Positions 1-7,326 of a DNA stretch of 11,442 nt are shown here, one piece after another. The stretch comes from Brasilonema bromeliae SPC951 (GTDB lineage: Bacteria > Cyanobacteriota > Cyanobacteriia > Cyanobacteriales > Nostocaceae): the NCBI RefSeq assembly GCF_012912135.1, contig NZ_QMEB01000168.1, forward strand, positions 1-11,442, read 5' to 3'. The notes under the pieces are model-generated. The model saw only the letters and a list, made by a program, of their open reading frames with translations. It searched no databases and had not been told where the DNA came from. The position numbers and the translations under genes were made by a program. The stretch's first letter is position 1, and the number at the start of each line of letters is the position of its first letter.

Positions 1-168
1 TTGTTAATAATTCTAATTCTAAATTTTCAGATATTTTTTGGCATTCGTCTAAATAATCTCTTATTTGTTGTAGAGAAATTATTTCATTTCTTTCATGAGA
101 AGGAAGTTTTAAGTAATATGAAATCCGGATGTATACTTACTGTATAGCTGGGTTGCAATTATCTGCTC

Positions 169-660
169 ATGCCAAAACGAATTTCAATTGTCCAACATCA
201 TGAATTGGACGAGTTAGAAACACGCTATCGCCAATCAAAAGATTCTGTTGAACGAAGCCAGTATCAAATTGTATGGTTACTAGGAAGCGGCAAAACAACG
301 TCGGAAGTTTCTGCGGTAACAGGATATTCTTTAAGGTGGATCAGAGTAATAGCGAAACGGTACAACGAATTGGCAGAGGCGGGGATCGGAGATAGGCGTC
401 ATCGAAACGCAGGAACAGAGCCATTATTGGATGAAGTATTACAAGCACAGCTATTGCAAGCAATGGAAACACCAGTCAGCGATGGCGGAATTTGGAACGG
501 ACCGAGAGTGGCTGGGTGGATGAGTCAAGTACTTGAGCGTCGAGTTCATCCTCAAAGAGGGTGGGAGTTTCTCAAGCGTTGGGAGCATCGTTTACGTGTG
601 CCAAGACCGGAACATTACTGCTCTGACCGGATAGAACAACTTGAGTGGAAAAAAAACTGA
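169..660 (+). CDS. IS630-family transposase, OrfA (N-terminal DNA-binding part)
   Basis: This is an ORF-track frame. It has an HTH-like segment (SQYQIVWLLGSGKTTSEVSAVTGYSLRWIRVIAKRYN) typical of IS630 transposase N-termini. It ends at TGA 658-660, right after an A8 run (649-656). Confidence 0.85.
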   Translation: MPKRISIVQHHELDELETRYRQSKDSVERSQYQIVWLLGSGKTTSEVSAVTGYSLRWIRVIAKRYNELAEAGIGDRRHRNAGTEPLLDEVLQAQLLQAMETPVSDGGIWNGPRVAGWMSQVLERRVHPQRGWEFLKRWEHRLRVPRPEHYCSDRIEQLEWKKN

Positions 661-1262
661 ATTTGAGGGTAGGCGAATTACACCAACAATATCCAGATGC
701 GAAAATTGAGGTCTGGGCAATGGATGAGCAAATGCCTGCGGCAACGCTTCGCGAACGTGTTGGACTGAAGCCAGTTTTACGACGTATTTGGGTACCGTGG
801 TGGGAGGTACCAACAGCACAGGTGCATTGGCGCTTTCAGTGGGTTTGGGTCTATGGTTTTGTTCATCCAGAATCTGGAGAAACATATTGGTGGGTTTTGC
901 CGCGTGTCAATACTGAATTGTTTAACCAAGTTTTAGGAGATTTTGCTCGCGAGTTTGGTATTGGCGATGAGAAACACGTTCTGTTAACGGTTGACCGTGC
1001 CGGATGGCACGTCAGTCATGACGTTCAAATTCCACATGGTTTACACTTGGAGTTTTTACCACCATATTCACCTGAATTACAACCAGCAGAAAGACTGTGG
1101 ACACTTACGAATGAACCAATTGCCAATCAGTACTTTTCTTCGATTGAGGAACTTGAAGACGCGATAGTCGCTCGTTGCCAAGTTCTGCTTCAAAAGCTTT
1201 GCTTTATTAGTGGATTAACCTGCTACCACTGGTGGCCTAGAACCGCCGCATACGATAACTAA
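645..1262 (+). CDS. IS630-family transposase, OrfB (DDE catalytic part), probably expressed as an OrfAB fusion by -1 frameshift
   Basis: Catalytic signature: VWAMDEQ (D), LLTVDRAGWH (D), then about 30 residues later PPYSPELQPAERLW (E), which is the IS630/Tc1-mariner P-E-L-x-P-x-E-x-x-W motif. The frame is -1 relative to OrfA and overlaps it across the A8 run. The GTG at 645 is therefore probably not a genuine start. The fusion would be about 365 aa. Confidence 0.85.
   Translation: MEKKLNLRVGELHQQYPDAKIEVWAMDEQMPAATLRERVGLKPVLRRIWVPWWEVPTAQVHWRFQWVWVYGFVHPESGETYWWVLPRVNTELFNQVLGDFAREFGIGDEKHVLLTVDRAGWHVSHDVQIPHGLHLEFLPPYSPELQPAERLWTLTNEPIANQYFSSIEELEDAIVARCQVLLQKLCFISGLTCYHWWPRTAAYDN
649..657 (+). 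promoter_or_regulatory. Candidate programmed -1 frameshift (or transcriptional slippage) site, A AAA AAC within an A8 run
   Basis: The OrfA codons read tgg aaa aaa aac tga, and the -1 frame continues open into the DDE domain. The same aaaaaaaac motif sits at the equivalent OrfA/OrfB junction of the second, unrelated IS630-family copy (minus strand, 2010-2018). Confidence 0.55.
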
Positions 1263-1435
1263 TCACCCGGATTTCATATCACCTCGTAAGCCAGCATAAC
1301 TTGCCAACCGCCTGCATGGGGCGATCGCTCCTTGAACAAAGGCAAGCAATCTCAAAGACACCAGCAAATTGCGTCGCCTCAACGAGTAAATTGACAACCC
1401 CTCAACGGACTACTATAGACAAGTTCTCTTTTTCT

Positions 1436-2528
1436 TTATGAAGCTGCGCTAAATAAAGCTTCAAGAATGAAGTCGTAAGAGGTGAGAGAAACAATCACTT
1501 CTGGTGTAATAGTTTCTAGCGCCTCAGCTAATTTCTCACGCAGTTGAGCAAGGGTTTTACAATTCTCCGATCGTAGTTTGCTCTTGAGAAACTCCCAGAA
1601 CCTCTCAATTGGGTTCAATTCACCGAGAGTGGGGAGGTTGGAAAATCGGTATAATATTTTCTGGACAATCAAGGGTTTTAACTGTGTGAAACGAGCCTTG
1701 GTCAAATTGGATAACTGCAACGTCCTCGCCAAGTTCTGCTGACAGCAACTCTAAAAACCTCTGAAAACAATCACTATCAAGATGGGAAAACTCGTAGAAA
1801 AAACTGTATCCGCTTAAAGGTTCAACGACACGATACAAGTAAAAATTATCACGTTGCCACTGACTCAAACCGATGGGTTTGACACCGGGAGCGGTAATTA
1901 AACGTCCCGTAATAGTCTTTAGTCCCAAGCGGGTTATCTCCTCTGAACATATATCTGAGTCGCTGACCTTCTCCAAATTCTTCTTGCAAGAATTTGAGTG
2001 CTAAAGGGAGTTTTTTTTAAAGTCAGACTGGCTGTGCGGATGCTGTTTCCGGCTTTTGGGACGAGGAACTTTTAGTTTGGCACCCGGCATAATAGCGAAC
2101 AAGTTGATAAACCGTTTTGTAAGCAATCTTTAGTCCCAGTTCGTTCTAAGCGCCATTGTTGAATCTGACTGTAGCTGTGAAATCCTTGTGGTGAGGACAA
2201 TCGCTGTTTCAACCGTTCCAAGTTTTCTCCACTAACTATAGATTCTTTACCAGGCGCATGTTTCACACATAGCAACCCACTTCGTCCCTCGTCTTTATAC
2301 CTTCGTGAACCTTCGAGTTACGGTTGCTTGATCTGGTCCGAAATGTTTGGCGATACGCCTTTAGGCGTCTGCCCTTCGGGCAATCGCTTGCCGACTTGTG
2401 ACTTGACCACTTTTAAGCCAGTAGAGCATTTGTAATCGCTCTTTGCTACTTGCCGTTGTCGCATATTTAACAGCTTTTTCCAATTCTTCAAGGCTTTCTT
2501 TAATCTCGACTTGCAATCTCAAACCCAT
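1436..2528 (-). pseudogene. IS630-family transposase pseudogene (multiple frameshifts and in-frame stops)
   Basis: Minus-strand reading gives recognisable transposase pieces in several frames. These are MGLRLQVEIKESLEELEKAVKYATTASSKERLQMLYWLKSGQVTSRQAIA (ATG at 2528), VKHAPGKESIVSGENLERLKQRL (2275-2072), AKLKVPRPKSRKQHPHSQSDFKKN, ITRLGLKTITGRLITAPGVKPIG...VAVIQFDQGSFH (1976-1620) and ELNPIERFWEFLKSKL (1732-1436). The 30-nt insertion at 2355-2384 supplies an in-frame TAA. One frame change coincides with a 7-nt direct repeat, accttcg, at 2299-2305 and 2309-2315. The first catalytic D context is degenerate (CSEEITRLGL). Confidence 0.8.
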
Positions 2529-2577
2529 CACGTTTAAACCAAACGCACCCTTATTTTTAATTTAGCGCAGCTTCATA
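1437..2577 (-). mobile_element. Second IS630-family insertion sequence, different from the first, inverted and decayed, flanked by a TA duplication
   Basis: A perfect 16-nt terminal inverted repeat: tgaagctgcgctaaat at 1439-1454 matches atttagcgcagcttca at 2560-2575. TA at 1437-1438 and 2576-2577 flanks both ends. The interior carries fragments of an IS630-type transposase on the minus strand. Confidence 0.8.
2355..2384 (+). repeat. 30-nt double-hairpin mini-element inserted inside a HIP1 octamer (SDR-type small dispersed repeat), copy A
   Basis: The sequence reads gcgat|acgcctttaggcgtctgcccttcgggcaat|cgc, so the flanks reconstitute GCGATCGC. There are two 5-bp hairpins, acgcc/ggcgt and tgccc/gggca. 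A near-identical copy lies at 5142-5170. Confidence 0.7.
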
Positions 2578-2869
2578 CAGAAATGGTATTACAAGTTCTT
2601 GTTGTTGGGTGTGGGCTTGGAATGGAATTTATTCGACCATAAGTCGTTTGCTAGAAACTAATGCAAAATAAGTATAACCTCATCTTTCTAAGAGGAGGTC
2701 TTCGGACAGCAAATATGATTCATTGGTTTGATGTCAGCTGACAAACACAATTCCTGAGCTAAATTCAGCAACACCAGATTTTTCTATCTTCTATATCCTG
2801 ATGTAGATACTCTCCTCTGTTGTCGGCGTCACAATTAACAGTAACACGATGCCAGGAGAGAATTAATTC

Positions 2870-3622
2870 ATGTCGCAAGAGCAACGCATAGAAGAACAAA
2901 TGCTTTCGCATGAAGCCGAAAAGCAAGTTTCTCAACAGGTAGACAAAGTAGAAAAAGTAGACGTAGATGTACAAACCGACCTTCTGAAAATATTTCAGGG
3001 ACAGGCAGATGGAGTTTCTTTTGAAGCTCAAGGACTAGTCAAGCAAGACATCCGTGTGCAGGAAATAAAACTACAGACAGATAGCATTGACATCAATCCA
3101 TTGAGTGTTCTTTTTGGTCAAATAGAACTGAATCAACCAGTCAATACCACTGCTCGTATTGTACTTATAGAAGCAGATATTAACCACGCTTTGACTTCAA
3201 AGTTTGTTCGCAGCAAGATGCAAAACTTTGAGTTGAATGTAGATGGTGAAATTGTCGGTTTACAGCCACAGGAAATACAAATTCACCTATTAGATGGTGG
3301 CAAAATGGCATTTACGGGAAAAGTACTGCTCAAAGAAAAGGGGAATACTCGCTCAATAAGTTTCACAGCACAGGTTTGCCCACGTACTCAAGACAAACCC
3401 ATAATGCTAGAAAATTTTAACTGCACTCACGGCGGAGAAGGTATTTCACTAGAAGTCGTTGTTGCTTTAATGCAGAAGGTAAAAGAACTAGTCAACTTAC
3501 CATATTATGAATATGAGAAAACGGTGTTCCGCGTCAGAAATATGGATGTTGAAAAAGGTAATATGACACTTTTGGTAGATGCACGTCTCAAGCAAATTCC
3601 CTCATTGGATGATTTATCTTGA
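2870..3622 (+). CDS. Hypothetical protein, probably DUF2993 / LmeA-like family
   Basis: A 250-aa ORF with a ggagag Shine-Dalgarno-like motif about 20 nt upstream of the ATG. The pattern (...GQADGVSFEAQGLVKQDIRVQEIKLQTDSIDINPLSVLFGQIELNQPVNTTARIVLIEADINHAL...) resembles cyanobacterial DUF2993 proteins as I remember them. The family call has not been verified by search. Confidence 0.6.
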   Translation: MSQEQRIEEQMLSHEAEKQVSQQVDKVEKVDVDVQTDLLKIFQGQADGVSFEAQGLVKQDIRVQEIKLQTDSIDINPLSVLFGQIELNQPVNTTARIVLIEADINHALTSKFVRSKMQNFELNVDGEIVGLQPQEIQIHLLDGGKMAFTGKVLLKEKGNTRSISFTAQVCPRTQDKPIMLENFNCTHGGEGISLEVVVALMQKVKELVNLPYYEYEKTVFRVRNMDVEKGNMTLLVDARLKQIPSLDDLS

Positions 3623-3776
3623 ATCTTTAGTCATAAAAGGAATGTGAGATGCAAAAAATAGATAGTTTTTCAAAAGTAAATACGTTTGGATGGACTATAC
3701 TCACTTGACTGCTGTACATAAACTATAGCAGTCCTAAATCATTAGTGAAACTCTTTTTTCTTCTCCTCTGCGCCAC

Positions 3777-3817
3777 GCCAGGTGCTACAACGGGGGGAAC
3801 CCCCGCAACGCACTGGC
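3777..3817. repeat. GC-rich imperfect hairpin typical of cyanobacterial intergenic dispersed repeats
   Basis: In gccaggtgctacaacggggggaacccccgcaacgcactggc, the outer stem is gccaggtgc/gcactggc and the inner stem is ggggg/ccccc, with an internal loop. It is flanked by tcctctg-like direct repeats (3764-3776 and 3818-3835). Only one copy is in the window, so its dispersed-repeat status is inferred. Confidence 0.35.
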
Positions 3818-3973
3818 TCCTCTGGTTCTCTGCGGTTAATTCAATCAAAATCTTTTTCACAAATCAAATAGAATTGCTATAATTGCCCAAATAAAATTGT
3901 ACTCAAAGAGATATAGACGCATCTTAATTTCAATGATGAAATGGCATTGGTTCAACTCAAATTGTAAAGATTT

Positions 3974-5182
3974 ATGTACGAAAAGAGTAAAAAACCAAGC
4001 CAGAAAAGTTTATGGGCACTCGATTACTTAAACCTTTTTCTAGCTGATGTACGTGATGGAGTAGGACCATATCTAGCTATCTACTTGAAAGCTTCAGAAA
4101 ATTGGAATCCAGCCAATATCGGGATTGCAATGTCTGCTTCAACTATTGCAACAGTGATTGCCCAAACACCAACAGGTGCGTTAGTAGACCGATTGCGTCA
4201 AAAACGAATGTTGATTGTGGTGGCTGCTGCAATTGTGTCTATTGGTTGCATCGCAATAGCCCTGTTCCCGAGTTTTCCAATAGTTATTGGTGGTCAAATT
4301 TTAATTGGTTTAGCAGCAGCAGTGTTTCCAGGTGCAATCGCCGCTATTACCCTAGGACTAGTCGGGCATGATCATTTAGACCGTCGAATTGGTCGCAATG
4401 AGTCGTTTAATCATGCAGGTAACGTACTTGCAGCGATTTTAGCTGGTTTAGTGGGTTCTTTTATTACCAGCAAAGGCATCTTTTTTCTGGTTGCAGCTAT
4501 GGCGGTGGCTAGTGCAATCGCCGTTTTGAGAATTCGCGAAAAAGAGATTGACCACGAATTAGCGCGTGGTGCAAAAGATGAGGATGAGGACGTTTCAGAA
4601 GAACATCCACATCATCTCTCTGGGTTATCGCAGTTGTTCAGCGATCGCCGCATCCTTTTGTTCTGTCTTGCAGTGGTTCTGTTTCACTTTGCCAATGCCG
4701 CTATGTTACCACTTGTCGGTCAAAGACTCTCAGAAGGCAAAGCTGCAGGAGCTACACTTTATATGTCAGCTTGCATCATTGTTGCCCAGTTGGTGATGAT
4801 TCCTTCTGCTAACTTGGCTGGTCGTTTTGCCCATGCTGAGCGAAAACCTATCTTTTTGTTTGGCTTTGCTGTTTTGCCAATTCGTGGTATACTTTACACT
4901 CTCACCAATAATCCTTATTTTTTGGTTTCTGTACAGATTTTAGATGGAGTTGCGGGCGGGATTTTTGGCGTGCTTTCAGTACTCATGGTTGCTGATTTAA
5001 CTAAGGGCACGGGTCGGTTTAATGTCACACAAGGAGCGCTAAATACTGCTGTTGGTATAGGTGCATGTTTGAGTAATCTGCTAGCTGGGTTTGTGGTGCA
5101 AAAGGCTGGCTATAATGTTGCTTTTGTTGGGTTGGCTGCGATACGCCTTTGGCGTCTGCGCTTTGCGCAATCGCTCTCGTAG
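3974..5182 (+). CDS. MFS transporter, C-terminus frameshifted by a 29-nt insertion (probable pseudogene; the restored frame would run to 5265)
   Basis: A hydrophobic, multi-helix 402-aa ORF with MFS motif A (TGALVDRLRQKRM) after TM2 and a charged central loop (ELARGAKDEDEDVSEEHPHH). After ...VAFVGLAAI the ORF reads RLWRLRFAQSLS*. The +2 frame then continues AIALVATIIFWMFVPETKAS...* to 5265, which looks like the natural TM12 and tail. Removing 5142-5170 gives an uninterrupted 420-aa ORF. Confidence 0.85.
   Translation: MYEKSKKPSQKSLWALDYLNLFLADVRDGVGPYLAIYLKASENWNPANIGIAMSASTIATVIAQTPTGALVDRLRQKRMLIVVAAAIVSIGCIAIALFPSFPIVIGGQILIGLAAAVFPGAIAAITLGLVGHDHLDRRIGRNESFNHAGNVLAAILAGLVGSFITSKGIFFLVAAMAVASAIAVLRIREKEIDHELARGAKDEDEDVSEEHPHHLSGLSQLFSDRRILLFCLAVVLFHFANAAMLPLVGQRLSEGKAAGATLYMSACIIVAQLVMIPSANLAGRFAHAERKPIFLFGFAVLPIRGILYTLTNNPYFLVSVQILDGVAGGIFGVLSVLMVADLTKGTGRFNVTQGALNTAVGIGACLSNLLAGFVVQKAGYNVAFVGLAAIRLWRLRFAQSLS
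5142..5170 (+). repeat. 29-nt double-hairpin mini-element inserted inside a HIP1 octamer (SDR-type), copy B
   Basis: The sequence reads gcgat|acgcctttggcgtctgcgctttgcgcaat|cgc. The hairpins are acgcc/ggcgt and tgcgc/gcgca. The orientation matches copy A. The second stem differs from copy A by a compensatory C-G to G-C swap. Confidence 0.7.
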
Positions 5183-5499
5183 CAACTATCATTTTCTGGA
5201 TGTTCGTCCCAGAAACCAAAGCTTCACATAAAGCACGGGCTTTCGTTTCAAACCACTATTCATGAAAAGTCTATGAATAACGACTGATTGCAAACGCCCA
5301 AGGTGTATTACATAAGCGACTAATTGCTCACTGTCTTCCTTCTATTACAATTAGTCAGTAGCCAGTCTTCTCTTAGCCAATTTTTCAGCCTAGGTCTTAT
5401 CCTAAACCAGGATTTCTATAACTGCCGAAAGATGGAATTATTAGTAAAAATTTGTAACCTTGAAAACAAAGAGATAGATATAAGCACGAAGTTTCATCT

Positions 5500-7194
5500 A
5501 TGCAAGAGTATGATGTTGTCATTATTGGAGCAGGACATAACGGATTAGTCTGTGCTGCTTATTTGCTGAAAGCTGGCTATAGCGTCCTGCTCTTGGAAAA
5601 GCGTTCTGTTCCCGGTGGTGCAGCAACAACAGAAGAATCTTTACCACAGGAAGCGCCTGGATTTAAGTTTAACTTGTGTGCAATTGACCACGAGTTTATT
5701 CACTTAGGACCAGTCGTACAAGAATTAGAACTGGAAAAATACGGCTTAAAATATCTGGAGTGTGATCCAGTTGTTTTCTGTCCTCATCCTGATGGAAAAT
5801 ACTTCTTAGGTCATAAATCAGTAGAAAAAACTTGTGCAGGAATCGCCCGTTATAATGAACGAGATGCCAAAAAATATGCAGAATTTACAGACTATTGGCA
5901 GAGGGCAATTGGTGCAATGATTCCCATGTTTAATGCACCGCCTAAATCTGTTTTAGATATTCTTGGCAACTACGACATTGCAAAGCTGAAAGATTTATTT
6001 TCAGTCATTGGTTCTCCTAATAAGACGCTGGACTTTATTCGCAATATGCTAACCAGCGCTGAGGATATTCTTAACGAGTGGTTTGATTCAGAATTTCTGA
6101 AAGCGCCTCTAGCAAGACTTGCATCAGAACTTGGTGCGCCTCCCTCCCAAAAAACCCTTGCTATTGGTGCAATTATGATGGCAATGCGCCATAATCCAGG
6201 CATGGCTAGACCCCGTGGCGGTACTGGTGCATTGGTACAAGCCTTGGTGAACTTGGTGACAAGTAAAGGTGGCGTTATCCTGACAGACCAGCAGGTTAAG
6301 AAAGTTTTGGTTGATAATGGTCATGCTGTTGGTGTGCAGGTGGCAAATGGCGTAGAATACCGTGCTAAGCACGCGGTGATCTCAAACATTGATGCCAAGC
6401 GACTATTTTTGCAATTCATAGATAACAGCGATGTAGATGCTGCTGATCCAAACTTACGGGAAAGATTAGAACGTCGGATTGTCAACAATAACGAAACTAT
6501 CCTCAAGATAGACTTGGCTTTAAACGAACCACTGCGCTTTGAACATCACGAGCACAAGGACGAATACCTGATTGGATCTGTGTTGATAGCAGATTCTGTT
6601 ACTCATGTAGAACAGGCTCATAGTAAATGTACTTTGGGAGAAATTCCAGATTCCGACCCCTCAATGTACGTAGTTGTGCCAACAATGTTAGATCCGTCGA
6701 TGGCACCTCCTGGCAAGCATACCGCATGGATTGAGTTTTTCTCTCCGTATCAAGTTGCTGGTGCAGAAGGTACTGGTTTAAATGGTACAGGGTGGACGGA
6801 CGAATTAAAGCACAAAGTCGCAGATAAGGTGATTGATAAGTTAGCAGACTACGCACCAAATGTGAAAAATGCAATCATTGCTCGTGCTGTAGAAAGTCCA
6901 GCGGAATTAGGAGAAAGATTAGGCGCGTATAAAGGAAATTACTACCATGTTGATATGACCTTGGATCAGATGGTATTTTTCCGTCCCTTACCAGAGATAG
7001 CGAACTACAAAACCCCAATTGAAGGTTTGTTCCTTACAGGTGCGGGAACTCATCCAGGTGGTTCGATTTCAGGAATGCCAGGACGCAACTGTGCGCGAGT
7101 CTTTTTGCAGCATAAGCACCCTATAGCACAGACGCTTAAGGATGCACGGGATTCGATTAAATCAACAGTTGAATCCGTGTTTAAGATTAACTAA
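5500..7194 (+). CDS. crtO: CrtI-family (phytoene desaturase-like) FAD-dependent oxidoreductase, most likely beta-carotene ketolase CrtO
   Basis: A 564-aa ORF with an N-terminal dinucleotide-binding fold (YDVVIIGAGHNGLVCAAYLLKAGYSVLLLEKRSVPGGAATTEE). It also has the C-terminal CrtI-family motif LFLTGAGTHPGGSISGMPGRNCA. Similarity along the whole length to the cyanobacterial CrtO (Synechocystis slr0088 type) is from memory. The family call is firm; the specific ketolase call is inference. Confidence 0.75.
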   Translation: MQEYDVVIIGAGHNGLVCAAYLLKAGYSVLLLEKRSVPGGAATTEESLPQEAPGFKFNLCAIDHEFIHLGPVVQELELEKYGLKYLECDPVVFCPHPDGKYFLGHKSVEKTCAGIARYNERDAKKYAEFTDYWQRAIGAMIPMFNAPPKSVLDILGNYDIAKLKDLFSVIGSPNKTLDFIRNMLTSAEDILNEWFDSEFLKAPLARLASELGAPPSQKTLAIGAIMMAMRHNPGMARPRGGTGALVQALVNLVTSKGGVILTDQQVKKVLVDNGHAVGVQVANGVEYRAKHAVISNIDAKRLFLQFIDNSDVDAADPNLRERLERRIVNNNETILKIDLALNEPLRFEHHEHKDEYLIGSVLIADSVTHVEQAHSKCTLGEIPDSDPSMYVVVPTMLDPSMAPPGKHTAWIEFFSPYQVAGAEGTGLNGTGWTDELKHKVADKVIDKLADYAPNVKNAIIARAVESPAELGERLGAYKGNYYHVDMTLDQMVFFRPLPEIANYKTPIEGLFLTGAGTHPGGSISGMPGRNCARVFLQHKHPIAQTLKDARDSIKSTVESVFKIN

Positions 7195-7219
7195 TACGCG
7201 CGTTGCATTCATACGTATT

Positions 7220-7276
7220 ACCTCACCCTGCCCTGTCGGGCATCCCTCTCCGAATTCCGGAGAGGGAAAAATTTTA
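7220..7276. repeat. MITE-like hairpin repeat (cctcaccctgccctgtcgggcatccctctcc-N7-ggagaggg), left copy
   Basis: The segment 7221-7266 matches the reverse complement of 9397-9442: a 31-nt arm and an 8-nt arm are identical, and only the 7-nt loop differs. It contains the hairpin ccctctcc/ggagaggg, followed by aaaaatttta. It lies between the convergent 3' ends of crtO-like and ilvA and could act as a terminator-like structure, although no canonical U-tract follows it. Confidence 0.7.
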
Positions 7277-7326
7277 GGGGTTTTGCTCCTCAACTCAGCC
7301 CTACTCTTTTAAGCGTGAGCATTACC

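Larger units (their letters stand above)
117..1278 (+). mobile_element. IS630-family insertion sequence, apparently intact (~1.16 kb), flanked by a TA target-site duplication
   Basis: The terminal inverted repeat tgaaatccgg at 119-128 is the exact reverse complement of 1267-1276, and it extends imperfectly to about 22 nt (roughly 17/22). TA at 117-118 and 1277-1278 flanks both ends, as expected for IS630/Tc1-mariner TA duplication. The element encloses the two-frame transposase at 169-1262. Confidence 0.85.

Noticed and set aside
1-116. Stop-free minus-strand frame (...LKLPSHERNEIISLQQIRDYLDECQKISENLELELLT) running off the left edge, possibly a gene interrupted by the IS
   Set aside because: When the pre-insertion sequence is reconstructed across the TA site, a TGA lies immediately upstream and there is no start codon. 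The region is AT-rich and too short to judge.
2732-2743. Perfect 12-bp palindrome tgtcagctgaca upstream of the DUF2993-like gene, considered as an operator
   Set aside because: Roughly 2-3 perfect 12-bp palindromes are expected by chance in 11.4 kb. It does not match the NtcA consensus GTA-N8-TAC or any other consensus I recognise.
2765-3031. Minus-strand 88-aa ORF
   Set aside because: It overlaps the start of the DUF2993-like CDS on the opposite strand. It is an AT-rich, F/Y/L-rich translation with no supporting signals.
4102-5219. Out-of-frame or antisense ORFs within the MFS gene (4102-4371, 4566-4796, 5025-5219)
   Set aside because: They overlap the MFS frame, and their C/S/N-rich translations are typical of off-frame reading of a hydrophobic gene.
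5318-5356. Hairpin gactaattg-N21-caattagtc downstream of the MFS gene, considered as a terminator
   Set aside because: The loop is long, no T-tract follows, and the stem is AT-rich. The support is too weak.
5324-5548. Plus-strand 74-aa ORF upstream of and overlapping the crtO-like start
   Set aside because: It lies in the AT-rich promoter region and overlaps the well-supported ATG 5500 in another frame. It has no motif support.
5970-6874. Minus-strand ORFs (77, 82, 61 and 91 aa) inside the crtO-like gene
   Set aside because: They are antisense shadows of a strongly supported 564-aa CDS and carry no motifs.
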